NCBI GenBank assembly: GCA_016786495.1
Contig: JAEUUJ010000082.1
Coordinates: 15,365 to 79,364 of the forward strand
Source of the DNA: Cyclobacteriaceae bacterium
GTDB lineage: Bacteria; Bacteroidota; Bacteroidia; Cytophagales; Cyclobacteriaceae
Length of the DNA: 64,000 bases
Direction of reading: 5' to 3'
In this document: one piece after another, positions 1-8,731 of the stretch
How the letters are laid out: the number at the start of each line of letters is the position of its first letter
Position numbering within the stretch: position 1 is the stretch's first letter
Program-made: the position numbers and the translations under genes
The notes under the pieces: model-generated
Seen by the model: only the letters and a program-made list of their open reading frames with translations
What the model was told of the DNA's origin: nothing
Databases searched by the model: none

Positions 1-201
1 ACGATTGGCGGCAACGTCAAAAATTTTGATGGTTTTGTCGTTGTACACGAACGCGATCAGGTTGCCGTCAGCCGAGGCAGTCATCCCAATTTGCTTAGCC
101 GCAACATCGTTCGAAGCATATCCGAGACGCACAAGGTCTACCTCCTGTGCTAAAAGTTGTGTTGCCCACAACACGATAACGACTACACCGGCTGCTTTCA
201 T
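1..201 (-). CDS. Partial CDS (5' end, runs off window start): exported protein with WD40/PD40-like N-terminus
   Basis: Absent from the ORF track because it has no stop in the window. Reverse complement from the ATG at 199-201 reads MKAAGVVVIVLWATQLLAQEVDLVRLGYASNDVAAKQIGMTASADGNLIAFVYNDKTIKIFDVAANR, open to position 1. The start is signal-peptide-like. DGNLIAF...DKTIKIFD resembles a propeller blade. The + ORF 5..268 is its shadow. Confidence 0.5.
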   Translation of the reverse strand, partial: MKAAGVVVIVLWATQLLAQEVDLVRLGYASNDVAAKQIGMTASADGNLIAFVYNDKTIKIFDVAANR

Positions 202-235
202 ACTGTTCGTTTTTTATTGCAATATAACGATCCCC

Positions 236-1117
236 TCAGGCTACGTCCCTCCCGTTCACGGCTCTTAATAATTCAAACCAGTGTTGCCTGTCGAGGTCAA
301 TGTTAACGGAATCCGCGCCCTCTAATATTCGCTCCGGCTTTGTGGTTCCGAGAATTGGTAAAACCCCCGAAGGATGTTTCAATAACCACGCCAGTAACAA
401 TTGCATGGCACTGATGCCGTACTTCACGCACAGCCTGTTCATCAACTCTTTGATTCGTTCGTCTTCAAAGAATTTGCCACCGCCTAACGGCGACCATGCC
501 AGTGGTCTGATGTGATGCTTCATCATTACATCCGTATCGCCATTGAACAACGGCTCGTTTCGGAATAGCGATAATTCAATTTGGTTAGTCACCAACGGAA
601 ACGGCATGTACGATTGCAGCATTTCAAATTGTGCCTGAGTAAAGTTCGATACCCCGAAATGAAGCACTTTGCCCTGTTGCTTAAGGGCTGAAAATGCCTC
701 GGCCACTTCTTCCGGATTCAACAACGGGTCCGGACGATGAATGAGTAGCAGATCAATCCTGTCGGTGGCCAGTGATTTCAGCGAATTTTCAACCGACCAC
801 TTGATGTGACTTGCCGATGTATCGTAATGTTTGATCTTGTGCTCCGGACGTTTTTCCGACACCAGCTTGATCCCAAACTTGGTGATCAGTTGCAGGTTGT
901 TGCGTAGCGATGGATTGCTACGAAGGACGTTTCCGAAATTTTCCTCGCAACTGTAGTTCCCATAAATGTCAGCATGATCAAACGCGGTGATGCCTTTGTC
1001 GAGTGACGTTTGGATCAACTGTTCGATCTGGGGCGCGGATTCGTTTGTCCATCGCCAGGCGCCAACAATAATTCTGGACAATTGCGGTCCCTGCGGATGT
1101 AAACTGATTTTGTGCAT
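236..1117 (-). CDS. Aldo/keto reductase family oxidoreductase (293 aa)
   Basis: ORF 236..1255 trimmed to the ATG at 1115-1117 (MHKISLHPQGPQLSRIIVGAWRW). AKR motifs DHADIYG, LLIHRPD and GVSNF are present. The 46-codon upstream extension would cross the divergent gdhA promoter region. Confidence 0.85.
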   Translation of the reverse strand: MHKISLHPQGPQLSRIIVGAWRWTNESAPQIEQLIQTSLDKGITAFDHADIYGNYSCEENFGNVLRSNPSLRNNLQLITKFGIKLVSEKRPEHKIKHYDTSASHIKWSVENSLKSLATDRIDLLLIHRPDPLLNPEEVAEAFSALKQQGKVLHFGVSNFTQAQFEMLQSYMPFPLVTNQIELSLFRNEPLFNGDTDVMMKHHIRPLAWSPLGGGKFFEDERIKELMNRLCVKYGISAMQLLLAWLLKHPSGVLPILGTTKPERILEGADSVNIDLDRQHWFELLRAVNGRDVA

Positions 1118-1219
1118 AGCCAAAAATACGAAGGACGTATCGGTCTGCAAGGTGCAAAAACGCTCCGAAAACGTTTGCGGTATTTCCCCTTCTGTTATCT
1201 TGGAGTAAAATTTAAACCT

Positions 1220-2572
1220 ATGACCCACTCCGACATTCTTGCCTTTGTCAAGCAACGTAACTCCAACGAACCTGAATTCTTACAAGCGGCTGAAGAAGTT
1301 ATCGACTCCGTTTTACCCGTTATCGATAAAAATCCCGAATACCGGAAGTTGAAACTGCTGGAGCGGATGCTGGAGCCGGAACGGCTGATCTCCTTTCGGG
1401 TAACATGGCTTGACGACAAGGGTGAGGTTCAGGTTAATAAAGGTTATCGCGTTCAGATGAACAGCGCCATCGGTCCTTACAAGGGCGGACTGCGATTCCA
1501 TCCTTCCGTTAATCAGAGTGTATTAAAATTTCTGGCGTTCGAGCAGATATTTAAAAACGCCCTCACGGGGATTCCGATGGGCGGAGGTAAAGGCGGTTCT
1601 GATTTCGACCCGAAAGGAAAATCAGAAAACGAAATCATGAAATTTTGCCAGGCGTTCATGGGTGAATTAGCGCGTCACATCGGGCATCGGTTGGATGTAC
1701 CCGCGGGCGACATTGGTGTGGGTGGCCGTGAGATCGGCTATCTGTTTGGTGCGTATAAAAAGATCAGGAACGAGTTTACGGGTGTTCTTACCGGCAAAGG
1801 AATCGGTTGGGGCGGAAGTTTGATTCGTCCGGAAGCAACCGGTTATGGCCTGATTTATTTCGCAGAGAACATGCTTCAAAACAAAGGCGACAGTTTAAAA
1901 GGAAAAACATGCCTTGTTTCAGGATCCGGAAACGTTTCTCAGTACGCGATTGAAAAGATTATTCAAATGGGTGGAAAAGTTGTGACCGCTTCCGACTCAA
2001 ACGGTTTCATCCATGACGAAGCCGGTTTCACTACCGAAAAGCTCGCCTTCCTGATGGACTTGAAAAACAACCGCAGAGGGCGCATTAAAGATTACGCAGA
2101 TAAATATAAGTGCACGTACAAGGAAGTTGACCCCAAGTCTGATCATAATCCGCTTTGGAGAATCAAAGCCGACTGTGCTTTTCCATGCGCAACGCAAAAC
2201 GAAGTAAACGGGAAAGATGCTACGAATCTGGTGCGCAACGGAGTAAAGGTTCTGGGCGAAGGCGCTAACATGCCCACCACCATTGAGGGAATTAATATTC
2301 TGATTGATAATGGTGTGATGTATTCTCCGGGCAAGGCCTCAAATGCGGGCGGAGTGGCCACGTCGGGATTGGAGATGACTCAGAATTTTATGGGTTCAAA
2401 CTGGACACGCGATGAGGTTGACGGAAAACTGCGTGGCATCATGAAGAGCATTCACGACACAGCATTGGCGGCCGCCAAAGAATACGGCAAGCCCGGTAAC
2501 TACATGGTGGGTGCTAACATCGCAGGCTTCGTAAAAGTTGCGGACGCGATGAAGGCTCAGGGAGTAGTTTAG
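1220..2572 (+). CDS. gdhA: NADP-specific glutamate dehydrogenase (450 aa)
   Basis: ORF 1112..2572 trimmed to the ATG at 1220 (MTHSDILAFVKQRNSNEPEFLQA, the typical GdhA N-terminus). Glu/Leu/Phe/Val dehydrogenase active-site motif GGGKGGSDFDPKGKS and Rossmann motif GSGNVSQYA are present. Confidence 0.95.
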   Translation: MTHSDILAFVKQRNSNEPEFLQAAEEVIDSVLPVIDKNPEYRKLKLLERMLEPERLISFRVTWLDDKGEVQVNKGYRVQMNSAIGPYKGGLRFHPSVNQSVLKFLAFEQIFKNALTGIPMGGGKGGSDFDPKGKSENEIMKFCQAFMGELARHIGHRLDVPAGDIGVGGREIGYLFGAYKKIRNEFTGVLTGKGIGWGGSLIRPEATGYGLIYFAENMLQNKGDSLKGKTCLVSGSGNVSQYAIEKIIQMGGKVVTASDSNGFIHDEAGFTTEKLAFLMDLKNNRRGRIKDYADKYKCTYKEVDPKSDHNPLWRIKADCAFPCATQNEVNGKDATNLVRNGVKVLGEGANMPTTIEGINILIDNGVMYSPGKASNAGGVATSGLEMTQNFMGSNWTRDEVDGKLRGIMKSIHDTALAAAKEYGKPGNYMVGANIAGFVKVADAMKAQGVV

Positions 2573-3459
2573 TTGCGCTTGTAGAACAACAACGCCTGAT
2601 CTTTATCTTTTTTGCGTTCACTGATTGTGAAGTATCCTGAATCGTCACGTGCGAAAGTGATGGCCTCACCCTGGGGTTCAGTTTTATACGGTTGCTCAGA
2701 AGGCGTTGATACTAACACTGCCTCGATGGCTTCTCCGGGCTTTCGCGTCCAATAGAATACATGATCGTAATTCTTGCACAATATTTCCGTTCCATCAGCC
2801 GAGATATCAAGTGCAACGATTTGAGTGAACGGCAACTGCTCCAATACGCGTTCAGCCATCATCGGCTTATCGGTCGAGAGCGGAGTGGTGAGCTTGTATA
2901 CGTTGACTTTGCTTTCGCGCTTTGAAAAAACATAGAAGTTGCCCGACAACGGATCAAATGCCAAAGCCTCCGTATCGCGCGCGCCATCAGGAAGTGTAAA
3001 TTCAATTTTAGAAGTCAGCAGGATGGTCGTGTCTGTTACGCCTGCAGGGATGCGTGGCTCCTCCAGCCGGTAGAGAAACTTGCTCGGATAAACAGCTGCG
3101 TTGTCACCTATATCGCCAATGTAAATGTAGTTTTTGCCATTTTCCGGACCAGACCCGATCGTGATATCTTCCCAATCCCGGTTATTTGCTTCCGGTAAAT
3201 GAACAGTACACGTTATTTCACCTTTTTCAGAAATCAGAAAAAGCTCTGCGTCATTACCGCTATCGTTGTGTGTCCACAACATCCCCGGGTTCGCTATGCT
3301 GGCAACGAGGCCTGAAGCTTCCTGGATTTTATCACCTTTAATTTTTCCTGCACGTTCAGGGCCGCCAAAGCCCGGTTTATCAAGCGCGTTTATCTCTTTC
3401 TTTTTCTGGTTGCAGCCAAAGAAAATCAAGCAAATTATCAAAAGCAGGTAACGTATCAT
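2569..3459 (-). CDS. Lipoprotein, SdiA-regulated/phytase-like beta-propeller family (putative)
   Basis: Trimmed to MIRYLLLIICLIFFGCNQKKK (lipobox FFGC). EASGLV...LWTHNDSGN and IGDIGDN segments resemble the SdiA-regulated/phytase-like propeller fold. The family assignment is from memory only. Confidence 0.55.
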   Translation of the reverse strand: MIRYLLLIICLIFFGCNQKKKEINALDKPGFGGPERAGKIKGDKIQEASGLVASIANPGMLWTHNDSGNDAELFLISEKGEITCTVHLPEANNRDWEDITIGSGPENGKNYIYIGDIGDNAAVYPSKFLYRLEEPRIPAGVTDTTILLTSKIEFTLPDGARDTEALAFDPLSGNFYVFSKRESKVNVYKLTTPLSTDKPMMAERVLEQLPFTQIVALDISADGTEILCKNYDHVFYWTRKPGEAIEAVLVSTPSEQPYKTEPQGEAITFARDDSGYFTISERKKDKDQALLFYKRN

Positions 3460-3516
3460 TTGCGTGTCTCCGTTAATCGAACGCAAATTCAGTAATATTG
3501 CGTTCAATTAAAAGCC

Positions 3517-4542
3517 ATGAACCAGCCAGCGGACGAAGAAGACGATGATTTGCTGTTCGAGCATCATCGCATTGTAGCCGACCCGGGACAAAGTCTTATC
3601 CGGATTGATAAATTTCTGAATGCGCGTCTGGCCAATGTATCGCGTTCAAAAATTCAGCAGGGCATCGAAGGTGGCTTTGTTAAGGTTAATGATGCGGTCA
3701 TCAAATCAAACTACAAAGTTCATCCGGGTGACGTGATTGTCATCTCGATGCCGGAACCGCCACGCGATACCGATGTAAAACCTGAGAACATTCCATTAAA
3801 CATCGTTTATGAAGATGATCATCTGCTCGTGATCAATAAAGAAGCGGGCATGGTGGTTCATCCCGCATACAATAACTGGAACGGCACGCTGGTTAACGCA
3901 CTCACATACCACTTTCAACAGCTTCCGCACATGCCGGGCAATGATGGTCGCCCCGGACTTGTACACCGGATTGATAAAGACACATCCGGGTTGTTGGTGA
4001 TTGCGAAAACCGAACCTGTGATGACCGCGCTAGCCAAACAGTTTTTCGACCATACCATCGAGCGAAGGTATTGGGCATTGGCATGGGGTGAGATGGATCC
4101 CCCGGAAGGAACTGTAAACGTAAACATCGGCCGTAGTCTGAAAGACAGAAGAATCACAGTTGCTTTCCCGGAGGGCGACATGGGCCGAACGGCCATTACA
4201 CATTATAAGATGCTTCGCGCCTTTCGATATGTTTCACTGGTTGAATGCAAACTCGAAACCGGGCGTACCCACCAGATTCGTGCGCACATGAAATATCTTG
4301 GTCATCCGCTTTTTAATGATGCTATGTATGGCGGAGATCAGATGGTGAAGGGCACGCTCTTCAGTAAATACAAACAGTTTATCGAAAACTGCTTCAAGAT
4401 CATCCCGCGTCAGGCGCTCCACGCAAAAACGCTTGGCTTTATGCATCCTGTAAAGAAAGAATGGGTGCAGTTTGATTCAGAACTTCCACAAGACTTTAAG
4501 GAAGTAATTGAAAAATGGGAAAACTACGTTAAGTATGTGTAG
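3517..4542 (+). CDS. rluD: RluA-family 23S rRNA pseudouridine synthase (RluD-like)
   Basis: S4-like N-terminal segment and catalytic-Asp motif HRIDKDTSGLLVIAKT, followed by GRTHQIRAH. 341 aa. Confidence 0.9.
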   Translation: MNQPADEEDDDLLFEHHRIVADPGQSLIRIDKFLNARLANVSRSKIQQGIEGGFVKVNDAVIKSNYKVHPGDVIVISMPEPPRDTDVKPENIPLNIVYEDDHLLVINKEAGMVVHPAYNNWNGTLVNALTYHFQQLPHMPGNDGRPGLVHRIDKDTSGLLVIAKTEPVMTALAKQFFDHTIERRYWALAWGEMDPPEGTVNVNIGRSLKDRRITVAFPEGDMGRTAITHYKMLRAFRYVSLVECKLETGRTHQIRAHMKYLGHPLFNDAMYGGDQMVKGTLFSKYKQFIENCFKIIPRQALHAKTLGFMHPVKKEWVQFDSELPQDFKEVIEKWENYVKYV

Positions 4543-4565
4543 GGTATGGGGGACAGAAGTCCTTG

Positions 4566-4584
4566 CTGGCATTTTTGATGCCGG
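4566..4584. terminator. Weak hairpin between convergent rluD and the small ORF
   Basis: ctggcat-ttttg-atgccgg forms a 7-bp stem with one G-U pair. It sits in the 67-nt convergent gap. No strong U-tract on either side. Confidence 0.3.
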
Positions 4585-4609
4585 CTTGTTAATGAAGTCA
4601 GCGCTCAGC

Positions 4610-4813
4610 TTACAGCGACAATTTCAATCGTCTTGAGCCGTTCAGCGCCTGCCGGATTTCCTTCATGGCTTCCCGCTTGTTGCGCTTGTACTCAAGCTCT
4701 TCCTGGTTGGGCGCCAGCATGCCTTTGATGTAGGCCAGCACCTTTTCCGTTTGAGTTTTGTCGAGCGCATTCAGCGATTCCAAAATCTGAAGCTTTTCGG
4801 TAACTGAATTCAT
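4610..4813 (-). CDS. Small helical protein (67 aa), antitoxin-like/DUF2281-like pattern, no partner gene
   Basis: MNSVTEKLQILESLNALDKTQTEKVLAYIKGML... followed by a charged tail. The composition looks coding-like. Function unknown. Confidence 0.45.
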   Translation of the reverse strand: MNSVTEKLQILESLNALDKTQTEKVLAYIKGMLAPNQEELEYKRNKREAMKEIRQALNGSRRLKLSL

Positions 4814-5067
4814 AACAATTAGTGGTTGTTATACTTACAAAGTAAACGTTAATCCGGCAGAAAAGTTCTCTGTAACCGATTGATAACCAAAACAAAACAC
4901 TGGCATAATGGCGTTTCTGGCCTGTTTGAGGGGTAGTGTAGGTTTTTAGCCCAGATTGATGTTTTTCAGAAAGTCGACAATTCACGCGTTCCGGCCAGGA
5001 ACCCCGGAAAATCAGGGTCGCAGCTCGAGTCAACATCGTGCTTCTACCGTTTGCTGACCTCCTGAAA

Positions 5068-5739
5068 CTATCCGATCGTTGAAAAAGGCTGGAGGCTTTT
5101 GCGGAAGGCGAAGAACCCGATGAATGCTACCAACCCTTCCAGGAAGACCGCTCCCAACTGGATCAGGATGTTTATCTTCAAAAAGGCGAATGTAAAAATC
5201 GTGATGAGCATGAGTGTGCCCAACGCCAGCCAGAAGGGATGGTCGGCAATCGCGAGTTTATTCCGAACGATGATTTTCTCTGGCTCAGCTTGCCTGAGAA
5301 TAAATTGAAAAGAGTTTAGATCCCACAACAACAAAAACACGGTCGCCAGTAACATGAGGCCGGTGATCACCGGAGTTCCCCGGAAGTTGTAAGAAACTGT
5401 AATGATGAAAATGTTCAGGATTAACCCGAAGAAAATCATCGCCCCCAGCTTTGAAAAACGTTGTGTCATCAACAAGCCACCACCGATTACCTGACTCAGG
5501 CCGATGAACTGCCAGTATAATCCGGAAGTTGCCATTACGCGAAAAAACTGTTGCAGCGGTTCGAGCGACTCAATCGGTGCTCCGGGATTGCTGATGAGTA
5601 ATTGCTGGCTGGAAAACTTGCCCATCCCGAAAGCTGCAATCACAAAAGCGCCACCAATCAGGTAACGCAGGTAAACAACAAAAATCTGCAAGAAAGAAAG
5701 TTGCTTGCAGGATTCAATAAACCGGATCAAGGCGTCCAT
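5068..5739 (-). CDS. Integral membrane protein (about 6 TM, DoxX-like?), function unknown
   Basis: 223 aa with multiple hydrophobic helices (FVVYLRYLIGGAFVIAAFG, LSQVIGGGLLM, AMIFFGLILNIFIITV, ITGLMLLATVFLLLW and others). No motif recognised. Confidence 0.6.
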   Translation of the reverse strand: MDALIRFIESCKQLSFLQIFVVYLRYLIGGAFVIAAFGMGKFSSQQLLISNPGAPIESLEPLQQFFRVMATSGLYWQFIGLSQVIGGGLLMTQRFSKLGAMIFFGLILNIFIITVSYNFRGTPVITGLMLLATVFLLLWDLNSFQFILRQAEPEKIIVRNKLAIADHPFWLALGTLMLITIFTFAFLKINILIQLGAVFLEGLVAFIGFFAFRKSLQPFSTIG

Positions 5740-5792
5740 GACGAATATTTCCGCAATGACGCATGCTGATCAGAAATGTTACAATAAGAAGG

Positions 5793-6332
5793 TTATTCGG
5801 AAACCTCAACAATCATTTCAACCTCCACCATCATATTTCCAGGAAGGGAGATCACCCCGACAGCTGAACGGGCATGGATACCTTTCTCACCGTAAACGCT
5901 TACGATCAGGTCGGAAAATCCGTTCATCACTTTAGGCTGATCGATAAAATCTTCGGTACAATTCACCATTCCTAAAACTTTAACCACCCGCTTCACTTTA
6001 TTTAAATCACCAACTTCAGCCTTTAGGGTTGAAAGCATCGAGATAGCCGTTTGCCGCGCGGCCATAAAGGCTTGTTCAAGCGTTGCGTCCTTGCCCACTT
6101 TTCCGGTCATGTATGAGCCATCCGCCTTCAGAGGACCATGTCCTGACAAAAAAATCAGGTTGCCCACGCGCACAGCCTTTGTGTACGTTCCGATCGGGGC
6201 TGCCGGCTTGAGCAGTTCAATTTTTAATTCTTTAAGTTTCTTTTCGGCATCCTGAGCGGACGCACAAATAGAAAAGCCGATCAAAAGAACAATATATAAA
6301 ACGCGCATAGGGATGGATTTAACTGCTGACAT
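5793..6332 (-). CDS. RidA/YjgF/L-PSP family protein with N-terminal signal peptide
   Basis: C-terminal 130 aa are typical RidA (GNLIFLSGHGP...ARSAVGV..LPGNMMVEVEMI). The N-terminus MRVLYIVLLIGFSICASAQ is a signal peptide. The start may be ATG 6332 or ATG 6308. Confidence 0.85.
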   Translation of the reverse strand: MSAVKSIPMRVLYIVLLIGFSICASAQDAEKKLKELKIELLKPAAPIGTYTKAVRVGNLIFLSGHGPLKADGSYMTGKVGKDATLEQAFMAARQTAISMLSTLKAEVGDLNKVKRVVKVLGMVNCTEDFIDQPKVMNGFSDLIVSVYGEKGIHARSAVGVISLPGNMMVEVEMIVEVSE

Positions 6333-6410
6333 AACGTAGTCAGCAGCATATTTTTATTTTAGAACTGAATTATTTCTAAACACGATCAAGTAACCATTAT
6401 TTTTAACAAA

Positions 6411-6986
6411 ATGAAAGAAAAAGTCCGCTGCAGCTGGTGTTTGAAAACCGAAAACTATATCGCATACCACGATCAGGAATGGGGATTACCCGTACACGAT
6501 GATCGCAAGCATTTTGAGTTTTTGATACTGGAAGGTGCCCAGGCTGGCCTGAGCTGGCTAACAATTCTGAATAAACGTGAAGGTTACCGAAAGGCATTCG
6601 CTGACTTTGATCCGGTTAAGGTAGCGCGGTTTACCGAAGCACGGTGTGAAAAGATTCTGCTTGATCCCGGCATTGTGCGTAATCGCTTAAAGGTTTACGG
6701 TGCGGTGAATAATGCCAAACGCTTTTTAGAAGTTCAGAAAGAATTCGGGAGCTTTGACACGTACATCTGGAGTTTTGTAGGCGGGAAACCGATCATAAAT
6801 AAATGGAAGTCGTTAGGACAAATTGCGCCAACCACAAAGGAATCGGATGCGTTAAGTAAAGATTTAATTAAGCGTGGATTTAAATTTGTCGGCAGCACAG
6901 TCATGTATTCTCACATGCAGGCGTGTGGTCTCGTAAACGATCACGTGGTTGAATGCTTCCGCTACAAGGAAGTGATCAAAAAATAA
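6411..6986 (+). CDS. tag: DNA-3-methyladenine glycosylase I
   Basis: CSWC...YHDQEWGLPVHDD...FEFLILEGAQAGLSW is the Tag family signature. 191 aa. Confidence 0.93.
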   Translation: MKEKVRCSWCLKTENYIAYHDQEWGLPVHDDRKHFEFLILEGAQAGLSWLTILNKREGYRKAFADFDPVKVARFTEARCEKILLDPGIVRNRLKVYGAVNNAKRFLEVQKEFGSFDTYIWSFVGGKPIINKWKSLGQIAPTTKESDALSKDLIKRGFKFVGSTVMYSHMQACGLVNDHVVECFRYKEVIKK

Positions 6987-6994
6987 GAACCAAC

Positions 6995-7026
6995 AAAAAA
7001 CCCTGACAACTTGCCAGGGTTTTTTA
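6995..7026. terminator. Bidirectional intrinsic terminator between convergent tag and the M28 peptidase gene
   Basis: aaaaaaccctg-acaacttgc-cagggtttttt: a GC core stem flanked by an A6 run and a T6 run, so it reads as hairpin plus U-tract on both strands. Confidence 0.7.
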
Positions 7027-7043
7027 TTGTATGATCGGTTAGC

Positions 7044-8615
7044 TTACTTTCTTGGGAACTGTTCATCGCGCTGCGCGGCCAGCCATGCAAAGGCAGCCAT
7101 CATCACTGCGTTGTGTTTCATGTCTGCTTCAATGATCTTGTCGTACACATCGAAGTTTGTATGGTGCGTACGTGTGTCGTATGAAATTGGATCCTGAATG
7201 AATTGAAATCCGGGCAAACCGATTGCATCAAACGCCAGGTGGTCGGTTCCGCCAGTATCGTTGAGCGTTAAGGTAGAGGCGCCTGCTTTGTTGAACGGCT
7301 TCAACCATTCTCTGAAAACCTTGCGCGCATTTTCATTGCCCTGAAGGTAAACGCCTCTGAATTTACCGGTTCCGTTATCCATGTTAAAATACACCGACAG
7401 TTTGCTTCCTTCACCCGTGAGTTTTATGGAATCGTACGGGAACGCTTTGTCGAGACGTTCGCCTAATTTCCGTTTTACATAGTTACGTGATCCGAGCAGA
7501 CCCTGCTCCTCACCTCCCCACAATCCTATCTTAATGGTTCTGCGGGGCGAAACACCCAGTTGCTTGAGGATTCGCATCGCCTCCATGCATACTGCCGAAC
7601 CCGCTGCATTGTCAGTAGCCCCTGTTCCGCTGTGCCATGAATCGAAGTGTGCTCCGATCATAACCACTTCGTCCTTCAAGTCAGTACCCGGAATTTCCGC
7701 GATGATGTTAAATCCTGGTGCTGAAGGTGAGAATGAGGTTTCGAGGGTAAGCTCAACTTTTACCTTCACTCCTTTCTGTAGTTGCCGTACCATACGTGCG
7801 TACTGTTCAGCTGAAACGGTGATTTGCGGTAAAATTTTAGGAGCTTCTGCGCTGCGAACTGTTTTACGTTGATCGGCAGGCGTAGTTGCAGGGTACGGAA
7901 CGGTTGCTCCGCTCACGGTAAGGGTTCCATCCTCTAACGGAAAAGCCGGGCTTGTATCCAGTACTGCAATTGCGCCTTCCTTCTGGCATAAGTCCCACTT
8001 CATGAAGGTGAAATTCTGAGGTGCAGTTGCACCGCCAAAGCGTCTTCCGCGGAACGATGGCGTACCCGAAGAATTTGCCATCACCAAAAGCGTGGAGTCA
8101 TTGAAACGGGTTGCGTCAGGCTTGAAGGATGACTTCGCAAGAATCGGATTGTTGAACAGAATGATTTTGCCCTTCAGTTTGCCTTTATATTTTTCCAGAT
8201 CGGCTTCGCTTTTTACATCCAGAAATACTACTTCCGCCTGCACCGTGCCTTTGACGCCGGGCGACCATGCTTTCGGGTATGCAATCAGTGGTGTGGCGCT
8301 TGGTTCAATCACCTGCAGGCTGAATTTCTTTATTTCCCAACCGCGGCCAAAATGCTCATCCCATACATCATATTGCACGGACGACAGACCCCAACGTTCC
8401 ATCGTGGCTTTCGCATAATCGGCTGCTCTCAGGTAGTTTGGTGAGTTCATTAACCGGGGGCCATGTACATCGGTGAGCATGCTCATGACTTCCATCACCT
8501 GTGAGTTGGTGAAGCCCTCCTTTTTAATTTTCGACACCATGGCGGTATCGATTTTTTCCTGGGCCATTGCACCGGCCGCAATCAGCAGCAACGCAATGAA
8601 GGTTAGTTTTTTCAT
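7044..8615 (-). CDS. M28 family aminopeptidase with PA domain, exported
   Basis: Signal peptide MKKLTFIALLLIAAGAMAQ. Zn-ligand motifs GAHFDSWH, GATDNAAG and WGGEEQGLLGS. Confidence 0.88.
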   Translation of the reverse strand: MKKLTFIALLLIAAGAMAQEKIDTAMVSKIKKEGFTNSQVMEVMSMLTDVHGPRLMNSPNYLRAADYAKATMERWGLSSVQYDVWDEHFGRGWEIKKFSLQVIEPSATPLIAYPKAWSPGVKGTVQAEVVFLDVKSEADLEKYKGKLKGKIILFNNPILAKSSFKPDATRFNDSTLLVMANSSGTPSFRGRRFGGATAPQNFTFMKWDLCQKEGAIAVLDTSPAFPLEDGTLTVSGATVPYPATTPADQRKTVRSAEAPKILPQITVSAEQYARMVRQLQKGVKVKVELTLETSFSPSAPGFNIIAEIPGTDLKDEVVMIGAHFDSWHSGTGATDNAAGSAVCMEAMRILKQLGVSPRRTIKIGLWGGEEQGLLGSRNYVKRKLGERLDKAFPYDSIKLTGEGSKLSVYFNMDNGTGKFRGVYLQGNENARKVFREWLKPFNKAGASTLTLNDTGGTDHLAFDAIGLPGFQFIQDPISYDTRTHHTNFDVYDKIIEADMKHNAVMMAAFAWLAAQRDEQFPRK

Positions 8616-8698
8616 ATTGGTTTAGGTTTGAAGCTGGTAAATTACAATACCCCGTTCAGGCGCTGTTACCTTTCACGTAAAATTTAGGTCTGGTATGG

Positions 8699-8727
8699 TC
8701 AAAAAAAATCCCGCTTTCGCGGGATTC
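8699..8727 (-). terminator. Rho-independent terminator of the AsmA-family gene
   Basis: The minus strand reads AATCCCGC-GAAA-GCGGGATT followed by TTTTTTT. It begins about 5 nt after the stop at 8732. Confidence 0.85.
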
Positions 8728-8731
8728 GATC

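Noticed and set aside
5-268. 87-aa + strand ORF at the window start
   Set aside because: It is the antisense shadow of a better minus-strand partial gene (ATG at 199-201, signal peptide plus propeller-like sequence). Its own product is low-complexity and uses a TTG start.
1112-1219. N-terminal extensions of track ORFs (1112, 29480, 34941, 37903, 46445, 49580; also 1255, 3507, 13328, 17053, 48241 on the minus strand)
   Set aside because: Internal ATG codons give canonical N-termini or signal peptides. The extensions cross divergent promoter regions or, for 37903, a terminator hairpin.
1118-1219. Possible riboswitch or leader upstream of gdhA (repeated AAAACG words, caaaaacgctccgaaaacgtttgcgg)
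   Set aside because: The region is only 102 nt and is shared with a divergent promoter. I see no stable conserved-looking structure, and it matches no riboswitch class I can recognise.
4985-5030. CCAGG...CCGGAA...GCAGC string reminiscent of the SRP (4.5S) RNA domain IV
   Set aside because: The conserved GGAA tetraloop context (GUCCGGAAGGAAGCAGC) and the pairing 3' strand are not present. Only short words match.
4692-5036. 114-aa minus-strand ORF spanning the long spacer and overlapping the 67-aa gene out of frame
   Set aside because: It has atypical composition (many C/R/T/Y, no hydrophobic core pattern) and overlaps the more plausible 4610..4813 ORF. An AGGAGG about 16 nt upstream is not meaningful in a Bacteroidota-like genome.
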